Shown piece by piece: positions 18,360 to 26,112 of a stretch of DNA of 32,716 nucleotides. Position 1 is the first letter of the stretch, and each line of letters begins with the position of its first letter. The notes under the pieces were generated by a model. That model was not told the DNA's origin and did not search any database. It saw only the letters and a program-made list of their open reading frames with translations. The DNA comes from Acutalibacteraceae bacterium (lineage in GTDB: Bacteria; Bacillota; Clostridia; Oscillospirales; Acutalibacteraceae): the NCBI GenBank assembly GCA_045134215.1, contig JBGUVH010000085.1:1-32716 (forward strand). Direction: 5' to 3'. The translations under genes and the position numbers were made by a program.

Positions 18360-18944
18360 TTATTCGCTTTCCTCAATAACATCAATTGCCGAAAGCTGTT
18401 CACCCATATCAGACTGCATAGCCTCTTCGTCGTGGGGCAGCGGCGGAAGCTCACTTAAATCGGAAATACCGAAGCAACGAAGGAAGTTTTTAGTTGTTCC
18501 GTACAGAAGAGGTTTACCGGGAAGCTCAAGACGACCTCGCTCCTCCAAAAGCCCTTTTTCTATAAGGGTGGTAACTGTACTGGAGCAGTCTACACCTCTT
18601 ACCTGTTCAATAAAGGATTTGGTAACAGGCTGATTATAAGCTACTACCGAAAGCACCTCGAATGCCGCTTGGGAAAGCGGAGTTTTTCTGTGCATATCTG
18701 CAATTTTTCTTATATATTCGCCGTATTCACTTCTTGTGCAAAGCTGATATGCGTTCTCAAGCTTTACAAGCTCTATTCCCGAGCCGCTTTTATTCAGCCT
18801 TTCCTTTAAAGCTTCAGTAACCTCATTAATTTCATCAATATCCAAATCAAAAACAGCGCTCAATTTGTCTATACTGACAGGCTCTCCACTTGCGAATAAA
18901 ACAGCTTCAAAGGCAGGAAGGAATTTCAGTATTTCCTTGTTCAT
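18360..18944 (-). CDS. scpB: Segregation and condensation protein B
   Basis: EAVLFASGEPVSIDKL and VRGVDCSSTVTTLIEKGLLEE blocks. Has a 4-nt overlap with scpA. Confidence 0.93.
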   Translation of the reverse strand: MNKEILKFLPAFEAVLFASGEPVSIDKLSAVFDLDIDEINEVTEALKERLNKSGSGIELVKLENAYQLCTRSEYGEYIRKIADMHRKTPLSQAAFEVLSVVAYNQPVTKSFIEQVRGVDCSSTVTTLIEKGLLEERGRLELPGKPLLYGTTKNFLRCFGISDLSELPPLPHDEEAMQSDMGEQLSAIDVIEESE

Positions 18945-19657
18945 TTTTTCTTCTCCTTAATCAGAGTAATCTCTGCAGTATTTGCTTCTCCCGAAATCTT
19001 TACACGGTTAGCCTTGCAAAGCTCAAGCACTGCAAGAAAGGTAGCTACAAGCTCGGAACGGCTTTTAGCTCCGCTATATAGACTTGACAGCTTTTTCGTA
19101 CCGCCTTTAAACAGATTTCGCATAACATAAACTATTTTTGAAGAAACCGAAACGATTTTCTTAGCCACAATCTTTGTAAAGGGCGCAGTAGAGGGCGGAA
19201 GTCTTCTTTTGCCTCTTCCTGCGGCAGCAAGATACGCTTCGAAAATCAAACCTGCATCGTGGGTAAGGGTATAGGTTTTATCAAGCTCTACAGGCTCTGC
19301 CCTTTTGACAAATCGGTCAATATCCTTACTCATAACATTAAGCTTGGCGGCAATCTCTCTGCAAAGCTGATATTCCAGTAATTCACCTGTAAGCTCCTGC
19401 TTTAACTCCTCAACCTCTTCGTGTTTAGGAAGCAGACTTACGGTTTTGATATAAATAAGTCGTGAAGCCATAGCAAGAAAATCACTCGCTATATCCATAT
19501 CATTAAGCTCCATTAACTTTATCTGCTCAAGATATTGGTCAATAAGCACAGTAAGTTTAATATCGTAAATATTAAGTTTGTTTTTTGCAATAAGCTGCAA
19601 AAGAAGGTCCAAAGGCCCTTCAAAATCTTCTACCTTGTAAGAAAGCACCATTTCCAT
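18941..19657 (-). CDS. scpA: Segregation and condensation protein A (kleisin)
   Basis: N-terminal FEGPLDLLLQLI motif and typical length (238 aa). Confidence 0.93.
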   Translation of the reverse strand: MEMVLSYKVEDFEGPLDLLLQLIAKNKLNIYDIKLTVLIDQYLEQIKLMELNDMDIASDFLAMASRLIYIKTVSLLPKHEEVEELKQELTGELLEYQLCREIAAKLNVMSKDIDRFVKRAEPVELDKTYTLTHDAGLIFEAYLAAAGRGKRRLPPSTAPFTKIVAKKIVSVSSKIVYVMRNLFKGGTKKLSSLYSGAKSRSELVATFLAVLELCKANRVKISGEANTAEITLIKEKKK

Positions 19658-19659
19658 AA

Positions 19660-20337
19660 TCAGTACCCGAAAATTAGTCTTGGTATAAATTTAACCGCAT
19701 TTATAAGAAAGCCCGAAATAAAGTTTATGGGGCCGTCGAGAATTCCCATATACACAATAAGAATAAGGGCAAAGCTTATATATCTTTCATACTGCATAAC
19801 ACGCCAGTAAATTCTGTCAGGCAAGAGTGAGCCCAGCACCTTCCAGCCGTCAAGTGGCGGAATAGGAATAATATTGAACACAGCAAGACCGATATTGATG
19901 CTTACATAATATGAAAGGAACATTGAAACATAAACAGTAACAGCGTTACCGCCGAATATACTGATAACTGCATAACGCAGAAAACAGGCTATAAAGGCGA
20001 GAATTATGTTCATAACAGGTCCAGCAGCGGCAGTAATAGCCATTCCCCGTTTAGCATTTTTGAAATATCTGGGATTGACAGGCACAGGTTTAGCCCAACC
20101 AAAGCCGAAAAGAATAATGGCAAGAGCACCGAAATAATCAATATGAGCAAAGGGACTGATGGTCAGCCTTCTTTGATAGCGTGCTGTCTTATCGCCTAAT
20201 TTATCGGCAACAAAAGCATGGGCAAATTCGTGAAAAGGTAGGGTTAAAAATATAACCACCAACGCCGAAAGAATATATATAACTGCTTTAGTAAAATTGA
20301 CTCTATCCTGTAATAAACCTAATAACAAGCATACCAC
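19660..20337 (-). CDS. Site-2 protease (M50) family membrane metalloprotease
   Basis: HEFAHAFVA (HExxH), a later PPLDG motif, and a multi-TM profile. The start is uncertain: GTG at 20337, or TTG at 20328 preceded by GGAG. Confidence 0.85.
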   Translation of the reverse strand: MVCLLLGLLQDRVNFTKAVIYILSALVVIFLTLPFHEFAHAFVADKLGDKTARYQRRLTISPFAHIDYFGALAIILFGFGWAKPVPVNPRYFKNAKRGMAITAAAGPVMNIILAFIACFLRYAVISIFGGNAVTVYVSMFLSYYVSINIGLAVFNIIPIPPLDGWKVLGSLLPDRIYWRVMQYERYISFALILIVYMGILDGPINFISGFLINAVKFIPRLIFGY

Positions 20338-20400
20338 TCCAATCTAATTAGTATTATTATATAACAAAAGCTTATATATTTCAAGTACAATAAATTAATG

Positions 20401-20429
20401 TTGCAGTTATGAAAGTTATGTGTTAATAT
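20401..20429 (+). promoter_or_regulatory. Candidate sigma-A promoter for murI-DUF1934-argS
   Basis: TTGCAG-17 nt-TAATAT, about 45 nt upstream of the murI ATG. Confidence 0.35.
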
Positions 20430-20475
20430 ATTATAGATAGTGTTCTGACTTATAAACTCAGAAAGGGGGAATATT

Positions 20476-21294
20476 ATGGCTGACAACCGTCCTATAGGAG
20501 TTTTTGATTCAGGACTTGGCGGACTCACCGTTGTAAAGGAGCTTGTAAAACAGCTTGGTAACGAAGATATAATTTATTTCGGTGACACCGACCGCGTTCC
20601 CTACGGCACAAAAAGTAACGAAACAATTAAAAAATTTGCCCGACAGGATGAAGCCTTTCTGCTGTCAAAGGATGTAAAGCTTATAGTTGCTGCCTGTGGT
20701 ACTGTAAGTTCTGTAGCAGGTGATACTGCAAAGGAGCTTCCCGTTCCCTTTGTTGAAGTAGTTTCTCACGCCTGTGCTGCGGCAGTAAGTGCCACAAAAA
20801 ATGGAAAAATCGGAGTTATCGGCACCTCTGCCACAATTAACAGCGGCGAACACCGAAAGCAAATTCTTAGCCTTTCTCCCGACTGCGAGGTGCTGTGCCA
20901 AAGCTGTACATTGTTTGTCCCTCTTGTTGAATCAGGCTGGATAGATGAAAACGATATTGTTGTTTACGAAACCGTCAAAAAGTATCTTACTCCTATGATT
21001 GAAGCAGGGGTTGATACACTGATTCTCGGTTGCACCCACTATCCCATACTTTCTTCCGCCATAAAAAAGGTTATGGGTGAAAATGTAACCCTGATTAATG
21101 CAGGTACTTCAACCGCCGAGGCTGTAAAACATCTTCTGACAGAAAAGGATATGCTTAGCAGCAACGACAAAAAAGGAAATATTTCTTATTTTGTCAGTGA
21201 TATAACTCCTTCATTTTCTTCTACCGCTTCCCTTCTCCTTGGTGAAAAGGTATACGAAAATGAGGTAATACAGGTAGATATAAACAGCCTATGA
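20476..21294 (+). CDS. murI: Glutamate racemase
   Basis: VFDSGLGGLTV, the catalytic Cys contexts (VAACGT, GCTHYP), and a GGGGGA SD. Confidence 0.95.
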   Translation: MADNRPIGVFDSGLGGLTVVKELVKQLGNEDIIYFGDTDRVPYGTKSNETIKKFARQDEAFLLSKDVKLIVAACGTVSSVAGDTAKELPVPFVEVVSHACAAAVSATKNGKIGVIGTSATINSGEHRKQILSLSPDCEVLCQSCTLFVPLVESGWIDENDIVVYETVKKYLTPMIEAGVDTLILGCTHYPILSSAIKKVMGENVTLINAGTSTAEAVKHLLTEKDMLSSNDKKGNISYFVSDITPSFSSTASLLLGEKVYENEVIQVDINSL

Positions 21295-21704
21295 CAAATG
21301 CAATAATAACCGTAAGGGGCTATCAGTATATAAACGGCGAAGAAGATGTTATCGAGCTTAAGACACAGGGAAAATTCGGTCTTAAAGACGGCAAATTTTA
21401 TATAAAATACAGTGAGCAGGATGAGTTTGGTGTAGAAACCCAAACACTTATAAAAGTCAGCGACAGTCAGACACTGCTGCAGAGAAGCGGCGGAACCGAA
21501 AGTCGAATGGTTATTGAAGTCGGCAAACGAAACTGCTGTCTTTACAGCGCTCAGGGTGCAGGTTTAATGCTTGAAATATACGGTGAGCATATAGAAAACG
21601 GTCTTACCTGTTTCGGCGGAAATCTTACCCTTGAATATTCAATTCTCACAAACAGCACACTACTGAGTCAGAACAAAACAGAAATTACCGTAAAAGAGGT
21701 TTAA
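21291..21704 (+). CDS. DUF1934 (YwiB-like) beta-barrel protein
   Basis: 137 aa with an ATGA overlap with murI, immediately upstream of argS as in many Firmicutes. The assignment rests on size, position and general sequence character. Confidence 0.7.
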   Translation: MTNAIITVRGYQYINGEEDVIELKTQGKFGLKDGKFYIKYSEQDEFGVETQTLIKVSDSQTLLQRSGGTESRMVIEVGKRNCCLYSAQGAGLMLEIYGEHIENGLTCFGGNLTLEYSILTNSTLLSQNKTEITVKEV

Positions 21705-21708
21705 AAAT

Positions 21709-23394
21709 ATGTCACTTTTAGTGAATAAAGCAAAAAATCAAATTAAAGAATTAATAAGCTGCGCAGCCAAAAAGGCTATGGAAGAAAACATTTTATGCGA
21801 GGCAGAGCTTAATGACTTCAACATTGAGGTTCCCTCGGATACAAAGCACGGCGACTATGCTGTCAATGCTGCTCTTGTATGGGCACGTGCTTTCAAAAGC
21901 GCTCCAAGAAAAATTGCCGAAATTCTTATGGAAAAGGCAGACTTTAAGGATACCTATATTGACCGCTTTGAAATCGCAGGTCCGGGATTTATTAACTTCT
22001 TTCTTAGTGATAAATATTATTCCGACATTCTTACCGATATTGCCGAAAAACAGGATAAATACGGTGAGAGTGGTTTTGGCGAAAACAAAAAGGTTCTTGT
22101 GGAATTTGTTTCTGCCAACCCTACAGGCCCTATGCATATTGGAAATGCCCGAGGCGGTGCGCTGGGTGACTGCCTTGCGGCTGTTATGGAAAAAGCGGGT
22201 TACTATGTTGAAAGAGAATTTTATATTAACGATGCAGGTAATCAGATAAATAAATTTGGTCTTTCCCTGTCACTGCGTTATCAGCAGCTTTTTGACAACA
22301 GTATTGAAATGCCCGAAGACTCCTATCACGGCGCAGATATTATAGCTCACGCTAAAGCCTTTGCAGATATTAACGGAGATAAATTTATAAATGTCAGCGA
22401 GGAAGAAAGAAGAAAGGCTCTTGTCGAATTCGCCCTGCCCAAAAATATTCAGGGTCTTCACGATGACCTTTTAAAATACAGAATCCAGTATAACACCTGG
22501 TTTAAGGAAAGCTCACTTCATGCAAACGGTGAAACCAAGAGAATAATTGAACTGCTCAAAGAAAGTGGTCACACCTATATTGAAGAGGATGCCCTCTGGT
22601 TTAAGGGCGAGGATTTTGGAAGTGATAACTTTGTTTTAGTTCGCAGCAACGGTGTTCCTACCTATATTGTTCCTGACATAGCTTATCACTATAATAAGCT
22701 GGTTACCCGCGGCTTTGACAAGGCTATTGATATTCTCGGCGCAGACCACCACGGCTATGTTCCCCGTCTTAAAGGTGCGCTTACAGCATTAGGTATTGAC
22801 AGCAGCAAATTAGACGTTGTACTTATGCAGATGGTTCGTCTTGTTAAGGACGGTGAAATAATAAAGGCAAGTAAGAGAAGCGGTAAGGCTATTACCCTTG
22901 TTACCCTTCTTGAAGAGGTTCCCATTGATGCAGCCCGTTTCTTCTTTAACCTTCGTGAGCCTAACTCTCACTTTGATTTTGATTTGGACCTTGCTATTGA
23001 AGAATCAAATAAAAACCCTGTTTATTATGTTCAGTATGCCTATGCCAGAATTTGCAGCATTATAAGAAATCTGGCGGCTGACGGCATTACCCAGAGAGCC
23101 TGTACCGCTGAAGAGCTTATGAAGCTTACCACCCCCGAAGAGAGAGAGCTTACTGTTCATCTTGCCGCTTATACAGATGAAATTATAAGCTCCGCCAAAG
23201 CCTATGACCCCGCAAAGATTACCCACTATGTAGAAGAACTTGCTACTAAATTCCATAAGTTCTATAACTCCTGCAGAGTAAAAGGTGATGACGAAGGTCT
23301 TATGCAAGCCCGTCTTACCCTTTGCACCGATACAAAGACGGTTATTAAGAATGTACTTGATTTACTTAAAATCGATGCTCCTGAGATGATGTAA
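21709..23394 (+). CDS. argS: Arginine--tRNA ligase
   Basis: 561 aa with the class I HIGH-type motif (PTGPMHIGNARG), the canonical ArgS C-terminal anticodon-binding region, and the terminal M. Confidence 0.97.
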   Translation: MSLLVNKAKNQIKELISCAAKKAMEENILCEAELNDFNIEVPSDTKHGDYAVNAALVWARAFKSAPRKIAEILMEKADFKDTYIDRFEIAGPGFINFFLSDKYYSDILTDIAEKQDKYGESGFGENKKVLVEFVSANPTGPMHIGNARGGALGDCLAAVMEKAGYYVEREFYINDAGNQINKFGLSLSLRYQQLFDNSIEMPEDSYHGADIIAHAKAFADINGDKFINVSEEERRKALVEFALPKNIQGLHDDLLKYRIQYNTWFKESSLHANGETKRIIELLKESGHTYIEEDALWFKGEDFGSDNFVLVRSNGVPTYIVPDIAYHYNKLVTRGFDKAIDILGADHHGYVPRLKGALTALGIDSSKLDVVLMQMVRLVKDGEIIKASKRSGKAITLVTLLEEVPIDAARFFFNLREPNSHFDFDLDLAIEESNKNPVYYVQYAYARICSIIRNLAADGITQRACTAEELMKLTTPEERELTVHLAAYTDEIISSAKAYDPAKITHYVEELATKFHKFYNSCRVKGDDEGLMQARLTLCTDTKTVIKNVLDLLKIDAPEMM

Positions 23395-23455
23395 ACGGAC
23401 ATTGTCGGTTTAGCTTAGTTCGCCAAGGCGAGATAAATGAAACATTCAACAACCA

Positions 23456-23494
23456 AGCCTGATGTTTATTTAACTAAACATCAGGCTCGTTTTC
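23456..23494. terminator. argS intrinsic terminator, usable from both directions
   Basis: 13-bp perfect stem agcctgatgttta / taaacatcaggct with a 6-nt loop, followed by cgTTTTc on the plus strand. On the minus strand the tail is uugguuguug. Confidence 0.8.
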
Positions 23495-23500
23495 ATTAAG

Positions 23501-23521
23501 CAAAAAAGCACTCGCAAGATT
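23501..23521. repeat. Left copy of a perfect 21-bp direct repeat, caaaaaagcactcgcaagatt
   Basis: Identical to 24136-24156, with the flanking bases differing on both sides. This copy is an orphan half of the tsf terminator; the stop codon of the small lipoprotein gene overlaps it. Confidence 0.95.
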
Positions 23522-23936
23522 AATCTTTCACTTGTTTTTTTCTAACTAATTTAACCTTAACAGTTACTTTCCAAATAGCTATATTTCCATCATAACTTCC
23601 ATTATCCTCTACTACCTTTACTATAAAACTTGTACTTGCGCCATCTATAAGAGAAATGTCTATCCAACCATATCCCGTATCTGAATATTTATCATTTTCC
23701 GTAAATCGCACGTATATTGTAGCCTCTGCCCCAAGCGGTGCAGTAATTATATCACCGCTTTTAATATTTCTACCATTACAGGAGTAGTATTTAGACCATT
23801 CGTTACCCACTTTATTATTTTCATCACAAATAGAGTCGATTGTTATCTCATATTCCCCATGTGTGTAATTTTCCTCACAGGCGCACAAAGAAATCATAAT
23901 AACAATGGCTAACACTGTGCAAATTATCTTTCTCAT
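23520..23936 (-). CDS. Small hypothetical lipoprotein (138 aa)
   Basis: The ATG at 23936 gives MRKIICTVLAIVIMISLCAC, a signal peptide with lipobox-like LCAC. The mature part looks beta-rich. The track start at 23966 is a TTG buried in a terminator stem, so I rejected it. Confidence 0.7.
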   Translation of the reverse strand: MRKIICTVLAIVIMISLCACEENYTHGEYEITIDSICDENNKVGNEWSKYYSCNGRNIKSGDIITAPLGAEATIYVRFTENDKYSDTGYGWIDISLIDGASTSFIVKVVEDNGSYDGNIAIWKVTVKVKLVRKKQVKD

Positions 23937-23949
23937 AAAATACCCCAAT

Positions 23950-23975
23950 AAAAAAGCGTACTCCAAGGAGTACGC
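23950..23975 (-). terminator. Intrinsic terminator/attenuator inside the leader, 14 nt upstream of the lipoprotein ATG
   Basis: The minus strand reads GCGUACUCC-UU-GGAGUACGC followed by UUUUUU. The effective stem is ~8 bp with a 4-nt loop. Confidence 0.65.
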
Positions 23976-23977
23976 CG

Positions 23978-24100
23978 AAAAAGTGTTTGTCCTCGGTTAA
24001 TTGCGACATCAACCAAATTACCCAACGAGGAATAGAGGAAAACACCTTTTACCAAGATATCTTCCCTCGTTGGATACAAATTATTTAATTGATGTCGCAA
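23978..24100 (-). promoter_or_regulatory. Unclassified structured RNA leader (candidate riboswitch/attenuator or small RNA)
   Basis: 12-bp perfect closing helix (24001-24012 / 24089-24100) and an inner ~10-11-bp helix (24021-24033 / 24061-24074). The apical loop segment 24035-24050 can form 16 bp (one bulge, one G.U) with linker 23978-23994. Confidence 0.5.
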
Positions 24101-24104
24101 ACAT

Positions 24105-24133
24105 ATTTTACCACAAACAAACTGAAAAGTAAA
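24105..24133 (-). promoter_or_regulatory. Candidate extended -10 promoter driving the structured leader
   Basis: The minus strand reads TTTACT-17 nt-TAAAAT with TGg immediately upstream of the -10. The predicted start falls at the base of the 12-bp helix. Confidence 0.4.
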
Positions 24134-24135
24134 GA

Positions 24136-24156
24136 CAAAAAAGCACTCGCAAGATT
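24136..24156. repeat. Right copy of the 21-bp direct repeat, forming part of the intact tsf terminator
   Basis: Identical to 23501-23521. Confidence 0.95.
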
Positions 24157-24169
24157 TTCTTGCGAGTGC
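24137..24169 (-). terminator. tsf intrinsic terminator
   Basis: 11-bp stem gcactcgcaag / cttgcgagtgc with a 5-nt loop, followed by UUUUUU on the minus strand. Confidence 0.85.
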
Positions 24170-24187
24170 AGTCTATTTAAGGTTTAA

Positions 24188-25099
24188 TTATTTTGCCATT
24201 GCAGCAACTTCAGCAGCGAAGTCGTCAACACGCTTCTCAATACCTTCGCCCTTTTCAAAACGAACATAAGAAGCAATCTTAACGGGAGTACCGATAGCCT
24301 TAGCAACGCTTTCTACATACTTACCAACGGTAAGGTCACCGTCGATAACGTACTGCTGCTCAACAAGGCAGTTTTCCTTATAGTACTTGCCCATTTTACC
24401 CTCAACGATTTTGCCGAGAACTGCCTCAGGCTTATTAGCCATTTTGGGATCTTCCTTCATCTGAGCAATCATAATTCCCTTTTCTTTTTCAATTACTTCA
24501 GCAGGAACACTTGCTTCATCAAGGAAAGCAGGGTTCATAGCAGCAATCTGCATTGCGATGTTCTTACCGCAAGCAACAAGCTCTGCATTGTCTGCCGCCG
24601 CATCGGTTTCAAAGTTTACGAGAACACCGATTTTACCGCCGCCGTGAATGTAAGATACAACCTTACCCTCATAACGAACAAAACGACGAACCTTAATATT
24701 CTCTCTAATTGCAAGGAAGAGCTCCTGTACCATTTCTTCAACGGTCTGACCGTCCTTAGAGGTAGCAAGAAGAGCCTCAAGGTCAGCAGGATTTTCGTCA
24801 GCAACAATTTCTGCAACCTTAGCGGCAAGAGCCTTAAAGCCGTCACCGTTAGCAACGAAGTCTGTTTCACTGTTAAGCTCAACAAGAGCGCCAACGCCGT
24901 TTTTAACAACAGCAGCAATAGTACCCTCAGCAGCAATTCTTGAAGACTTCTTAGCCTGAGAAGCAAGTCCCTTTTCTCTTAAATAGTCAACAGCTGCATC
25001 CATATTTCCGTCACACTCAACGAGAGCCTTTTTGCAGTCCATCATACCGCAACCGGTTTTCTCACGAAGAGTCTGTACGTCTTTAGCAGTAAAAGCCAT
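24188..25099 (-). CDS. tsf: Translation elongation factor Ts
   Basis: N-terminal UBA-like LREKTGCGMMDCKKAL. The length and conserved blocks are typical of EF-Ts. Confidence 0.97.
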   Translation of the reverse strand: MAFTAKDVQTLREKTGCGMMDCKKALVECDGNMDAAVDYLREKGLASQAKKSSRIAAEGTIAAVVKNGVGALVELNSETDFVANGDGFKALAAKVAEIVADENPADLEALLATSKDGQTVEEMVQELFLAIRENIKVRRFVRYEGKVVSYIHGGGKIGVLVNFETDAAADNAELVACGKNIAMQIAAMNPAFLDEASVPAEVIEKEKGIMIAQMKEDPKMANKPEAVLGKIVEGKMGKYYKENCLVEQQYVIDGDLTVGKYVESVAKAIGTPVKIASYVRFEKGEGIEKRVDDFAAEVAAMAK

Positions 25100-25137
25100 A
25101 ATACTTTTCCTCTTTTCTTAAAATTTCAAAATCAGAA

Positions 25138-25911
25138 TTATTCTGCAGAATCCTCAGTTGTTTCCTCAACAGGAGCTTCTTCTGTAGCATCTACAGCTTC
25201 AGCAGCCTCGGCAACAGGAGCATCCTGCTCACCCTGACGGCCTTCGATAATAGCAGCGCCGATAGTTTCAGCAATAAGCTTTACAGCGCGGATAGCATCA
25301 TCGTTACCAGGGATAACTGCATCAATTTCATCAGGATCACAGTTGGTATCAACAATAGCGATGATCGGGATACCAAGCTTCTTAGCTTCAGCAACAGCGA
25401 TTCTTTCTTTTCTGGGGTCAACAATGAAAAGAGCGCCGGGGATCTTCTTCATATCCTTGATACCGCCGAGATATTTCTCAAGCTTTTCAATTTCGAGCTG
25501 AAGACCAACAGTTTCTTTCTTGGGGAGAAGATCGAAGGTTCCGTCTTCTTCCATTTCTCTGAGCTGCTTTAAGCGGGCAATTCTCTTCTGAATAGTGCTG
25601 AAGTTAGTGAGCATACCGCCGAGCCAACGAGCGTTAACATAGGGCATACCGCAATTTTCAGCCTCTTCCTTAACAGAGTCCTGAGCCTGCTTCTTGGTAC
25701 CTACAAAAAGAATGTCCTTGCCTTCAGCAGAAATTTCGCGAGCGAAAAGATAAGCTTCGTTAAGCTTCTTTACGGTCTTCTGAAGGTCGATAATGTAAAT
25801 ACCGTTTCTTTCTGTGTAAATGTACTCAGCCATTTTTGGATTCCAGCGGCGAGTCTGATGTCCAAAATGAACACCGGCCTCAAGCAGCTGTTTCATAGAT
25901 ACTACTGCCAT
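25138..25911 (-). CDS. rpsB: 30S ribosomal protein S2 with an acidic C-terminal tail
   Basis: [27 protein letters not shown] is a canonical S2 N-terminus. C-terminal tail ...[23 protein letters not shown]. Confidence 0.97.
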   Translation of the reverse strand: MAVVSMKQLLEAGVHFGHQTRRWNPKMAEYIYTERNGIYIIDLQKTVKKLNEAYLFAREISAEGKDILFVGTKKQAQDSVKEEAENCGMPYVNARWLGGMLTNFSTIQKRIARLKQLREMEEDGTFDLLPKKETVGLQLEIEKLEKYLGGIKDMKKIPGALFIVDPRKERIAVAEAKKLGIPIIAIVDTNCDPDEIDAVIPGNDDAIRAVKLIAETIGAAIIEGRQGEQDAPVAEAAEAVDATEEAPVEETTEDSAE

Positions 25912-26033
25912 TTGTTTTTCCTCCTAAGGTTAAACCTCCATCCCGCCCATACAGGAAACTCCGGCAAAGAGACCTTCTGCAATACAAAGCGGAATGTGTG
26001 TATTATATTACTGCATAGTTTCGCAGCCTTACG

Positions 26034-26062
26034 ATTATAACATATAAAAATCAATTATGCAA
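26034..26062 (-). promoter_or_regulatory. Candidate sigma-A promoter for rpsB-tsf
   Basis: The minus strand reads TTGCAT-17 nt-TATAAT, which leaves a ~115-nt 5' leader before rpsB. Confidence 0.45.
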
Positions 26063-26071
26063 TACTTTTTT

Positions 26072-26106
26072 TTAAAAAAGTGAAATCGGCGAAAAAATCA
26101 CCGATT
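26072..26106 (-). terminator. Weak intrinsic terminator after the histidine phosphatase gene
   Basis: 9-bp stem including one G.U (aaucgguga / ucgccgauu), followed by ucacUUUUUU on the minus strand. Confidence 0.4.
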
Positions 26107-26112
26107 CCTCTT

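Larger units (their letters stand above)
23522..24135. other. Putative inserted cassette (promoter + structured leader + lipoprotein gene) lying between the 21-bp direct repeats
   Basis: The repeat copies start 635 bp apart. Removing one copy plus the intervening DNA joins the argS and tsf terminators cleanly. The segment is visibly A+T-rich. No recombinase gene is present. Confidence 0.45.

Noticed and set aside
23937-23966. Upstream TTG start proposed by the ORF track for the small lipoprotein (MEYAFLLGYF...)
   Set aside because: The TTG lies inside the stem of the leader terminator and has no SD. The ATG at 23936 begins a clean lipoprotein signal peptide.
23978-24074. ACGAGG and AGGACAA strings reminiscent of the guanidine-III (ykkC-III) riboswitch
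   Set aside because: The compact ~41-nt pseudoknot topology is absent, and the downstream gene is not a guanidine exporter or carboxylase. The resemblance is limited to short words.
24001-24100. The 100-bp imperfect palindrome read as an integron attC site or a MITE
   Set aside because: No GTTRRRY / RYYYAAC core sites sit at the arm ends, no target-site duplication flanks the 12-bp arms, and there is no integrase. A promoter and a terminator frame it on the minus strand, which favours an RNA-level role.
24079-24102. 7-codon ORF (MFATSIK) at the start of the leader as a possible leader peptide
   Set aside because: It has no SD, it overlaps the predicted transcription start, and it lies in the stem of the closing helix.
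25912-26033. The ~115-nt rpsB 5' leader as an S2-binding autoregulatory element
   Set aside because: I found only short weak hairpins, and the described S2 leader family is not established for this lineage. I cannot support it from sequence alone.
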